Source: a virus
Taxonomy: Duplodnaviria; Caudoviricetes
Reading direction: 5' to 3' (one strand)
DNA: 63,352 nt
IMG/VR virus record: IMGVR_UViG_3300025326_000032
Span: 1 to 63,352 of that record
Below are positions 62,385 through 63,352 of this stretch, piece by piece. The notes under the pieces are model-generated. The model saw only the letters and a program-made list of their open reading frames with translations, was not told the DNA's origin and did no database searches. Position numbers and translations under genes: made by a program. The number at the start of each line of letters is the position of its first letter. Position 1 is the first letter of the stretch.

Positions 62385-62933
62385 TTGTTGTGTGCGGTGG
62401 TAGTATGGTGGGCAGAAACGGCTATTGCTATTAATGAAGGAAACAATGAACGATCTAGTATTCGTAGCCTTCCTCTTGGGCCTGACGCTGTTCTCCGCTC
62501 TCTGGGCGGCGCAGTGGCTCTCGGCCCGCCGGCATCGGAGGCGGATGGAGCTGCGGCTGAGGGAGCTACGGAGCACGTACAGCCTGACGTATCCGAACAT
62601 CCCCAAGCCGTACCAGTGGAAGGTGCGGTAGCTGATGCTGTCCCCCTCACGTTCTATGTCTGCGTGGGCGCTCCTGCAGGATTCCAGGACGGCTACTGTG
62701 GACGAATGGCGTCTGGTGCAGGAGTTTATCGCGGAGCAGCGGCTTGTGGCTATGTTTGGCCTCTGGGTACTAGATTCACAATTGAGGGAGACTCAGCGGG
62801 GCTTGTCTACACTTGCGAAGATAGAGGGCTTGGCTCTGCACAATGGGTGGACATCTGGTTCTATGACTACGCGAGCGGTCAAGCGTGGCGGAATCAGCTT
62901 CCTATCTATGTTACTGTGAGGATACTACCATGA
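62385..62933 (+). CDS. Membrane-anchored/secreted 3D-domain (lytic transglycosylase-like) protein
   Basis: N-terminal hydrophobic helix; TFY....MASG......AAC...PLGT......Y.CEDRG.....VDIW; frame open from 62319, true start may be ATA 62358. Confidence 0.75.
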   Translation: MLCAVVVWWAETAIAINEGNNERSSIRSLPLGPDAVLRSLGGAVALGPPASEADGAAAEGATEHVQPDVSEHPQAVPVEGAVADAVPLTFYVCVGAPAGFQDGYCGRMASGAGVYRGAAACGYVWPLGTRFTIEGDSAGLVYTCEDRGLGSAQWVDIWFYDYASGQAWRNQLPIYVTVRILP

Positions 62934-63075
62934 CATACCTACCCCAGTATTAACACAGTAGGGAGTGTGCCACTTTGTTTTTATATCTAATATCAGAGAG
63001 TGCTAGATATGTTTGTGTCGTTGTATCCACATATATTATAAAAGGACTTTGACACAGAGGGAAAATGGAGGATAA

Positions 63076-63352
63076 ATGATGAGCGATGTCCTCTGGCCTA
63101 CTGAATGGAATTTACAAAGGGCTGAGGCCCGCATCGCGGAACTGGAGGCTGAAGTCGCACGGCTCACGAAGGAGCGGGACAGGTATCGCGGGCTGCTGAA
63201 CTTCCCCGACGCCGTGTTAGAAATCATCCGTACCACGCCTGACTACGCCTACATCGCTTGGAACGCCGCCAGCCAGCACACTCTAGATACAATGTGTAAA
63301 GCTCACGCTGAAGCAAAGATGGAGGCGCGAAACGCAAGACAGGAGCGCGACC
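63076..63352 (+). CDS. 5' part of junction-spanning coiled-coil protein
   Basis: SD GGAGG; MMSDVLWPTEWNLQRAEARIAELEAEVARL...; no stop before window end. Confidence 0.75.
   Translation, partial: MMSDVLWPTEWNLQRAEARIAELEAEVARLTKERDRYRGLLNFPDAVLEIIRTTPDYAYIAWNAASQHTLDTMCKAHAEAKMEARNARQERD
63172..63352. repeat. Terminal direct repeat, right copy
   Basis: Matches 1-181 with one mismatch. Confidence 0.95.

Noticed and set aside
62425-62919. Alternative-frame and antisense ORFs here and throughout the ORF track (e.g. 233-549, 16442-16726, 26665-27144, 52067-52471)
   Set aside because: They overlap well-supported genes, lack SDs and motifs, and are typical shadow ORFs.
1-63352. CRISPR array or TIGR-like guide array
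   Set aside because: No regularly spaced 25-45-nt repeats with unique spacers seen; the Cas4-like gene sits in a recombination module; no Nop-domain protein recognised.
1-63352. Retron or diversity-generating retroelement explaining the long stems
   Set aside because: No reverse transcriptase motifs recognised and no template/variable repeat pair differing at adenines.
1-63352. Stop-codon reassignment
   Set aside because: Long genes are intact in the standard code and all three stops end well-supported genes; isolated internal stops (2779, 57993) look like local decay.

Overview
The window looks like a complete, circularly assembled genome (about 63.2 kb) of a tailed dsDNA phage with siphovirus-like morphogenesis genes. 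The first 181 nt repeat the last 181 nt with one mismatch, and one ORF reads across the junction. Nearly all genes are on the + strand in the standard code. Early/accessory genes include a macro domain, two DNA methyltransferases, an ATP-grasp protein, a MoxR-type AAA+/vWA pair, tRNA-Leu(TAA), tRNA-Lys(TTT) and many small Cys-rich ORFs. A short minus-strand dcd operon precedes the packaging/head module (GpA-type TerL, DUF935-type portal, GroES-like protein, XkdF-like protease, scaffold, capsid) and the tail module (two tube paralogs, frameshifted chaperone, tape measure, Dit, Tal). Replication/recombination genes are an AAA_25 helicase, class II RNR, Cas4-like nuclease, Sak4-like ATPase and ERCC4 nuclease. 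The endolysin is GH25-LysM. No integrase, DNA polymerase, reverse transcriptase or CRISPR array was recognised. A monoderm, peptidoglycan-bearing host is inferred, not shown. Top observations: (1) long terminal RNA stems stabilised by G-U pairs enclose three candidate ncRNAs (50052-50188, 51820-51993, 60396-60677) and two paralogous single-gene cassettes (14822-16724); (2) head-module polyproteins carry unrelated small domains (DUF6582-like, HiPIP-like, HNH-like, protease) separated by the [ILVMF]-x-K-[STA] motif that occurs 11 times in the scaffold, suggesting protease-released capsid cargo; (3) a tRNA 5' half fused to a decayed HNH gene; (4) a candidate attenuator upstream of the dcd operon. 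All family calls are by-eye motif recognition; no searches were run.
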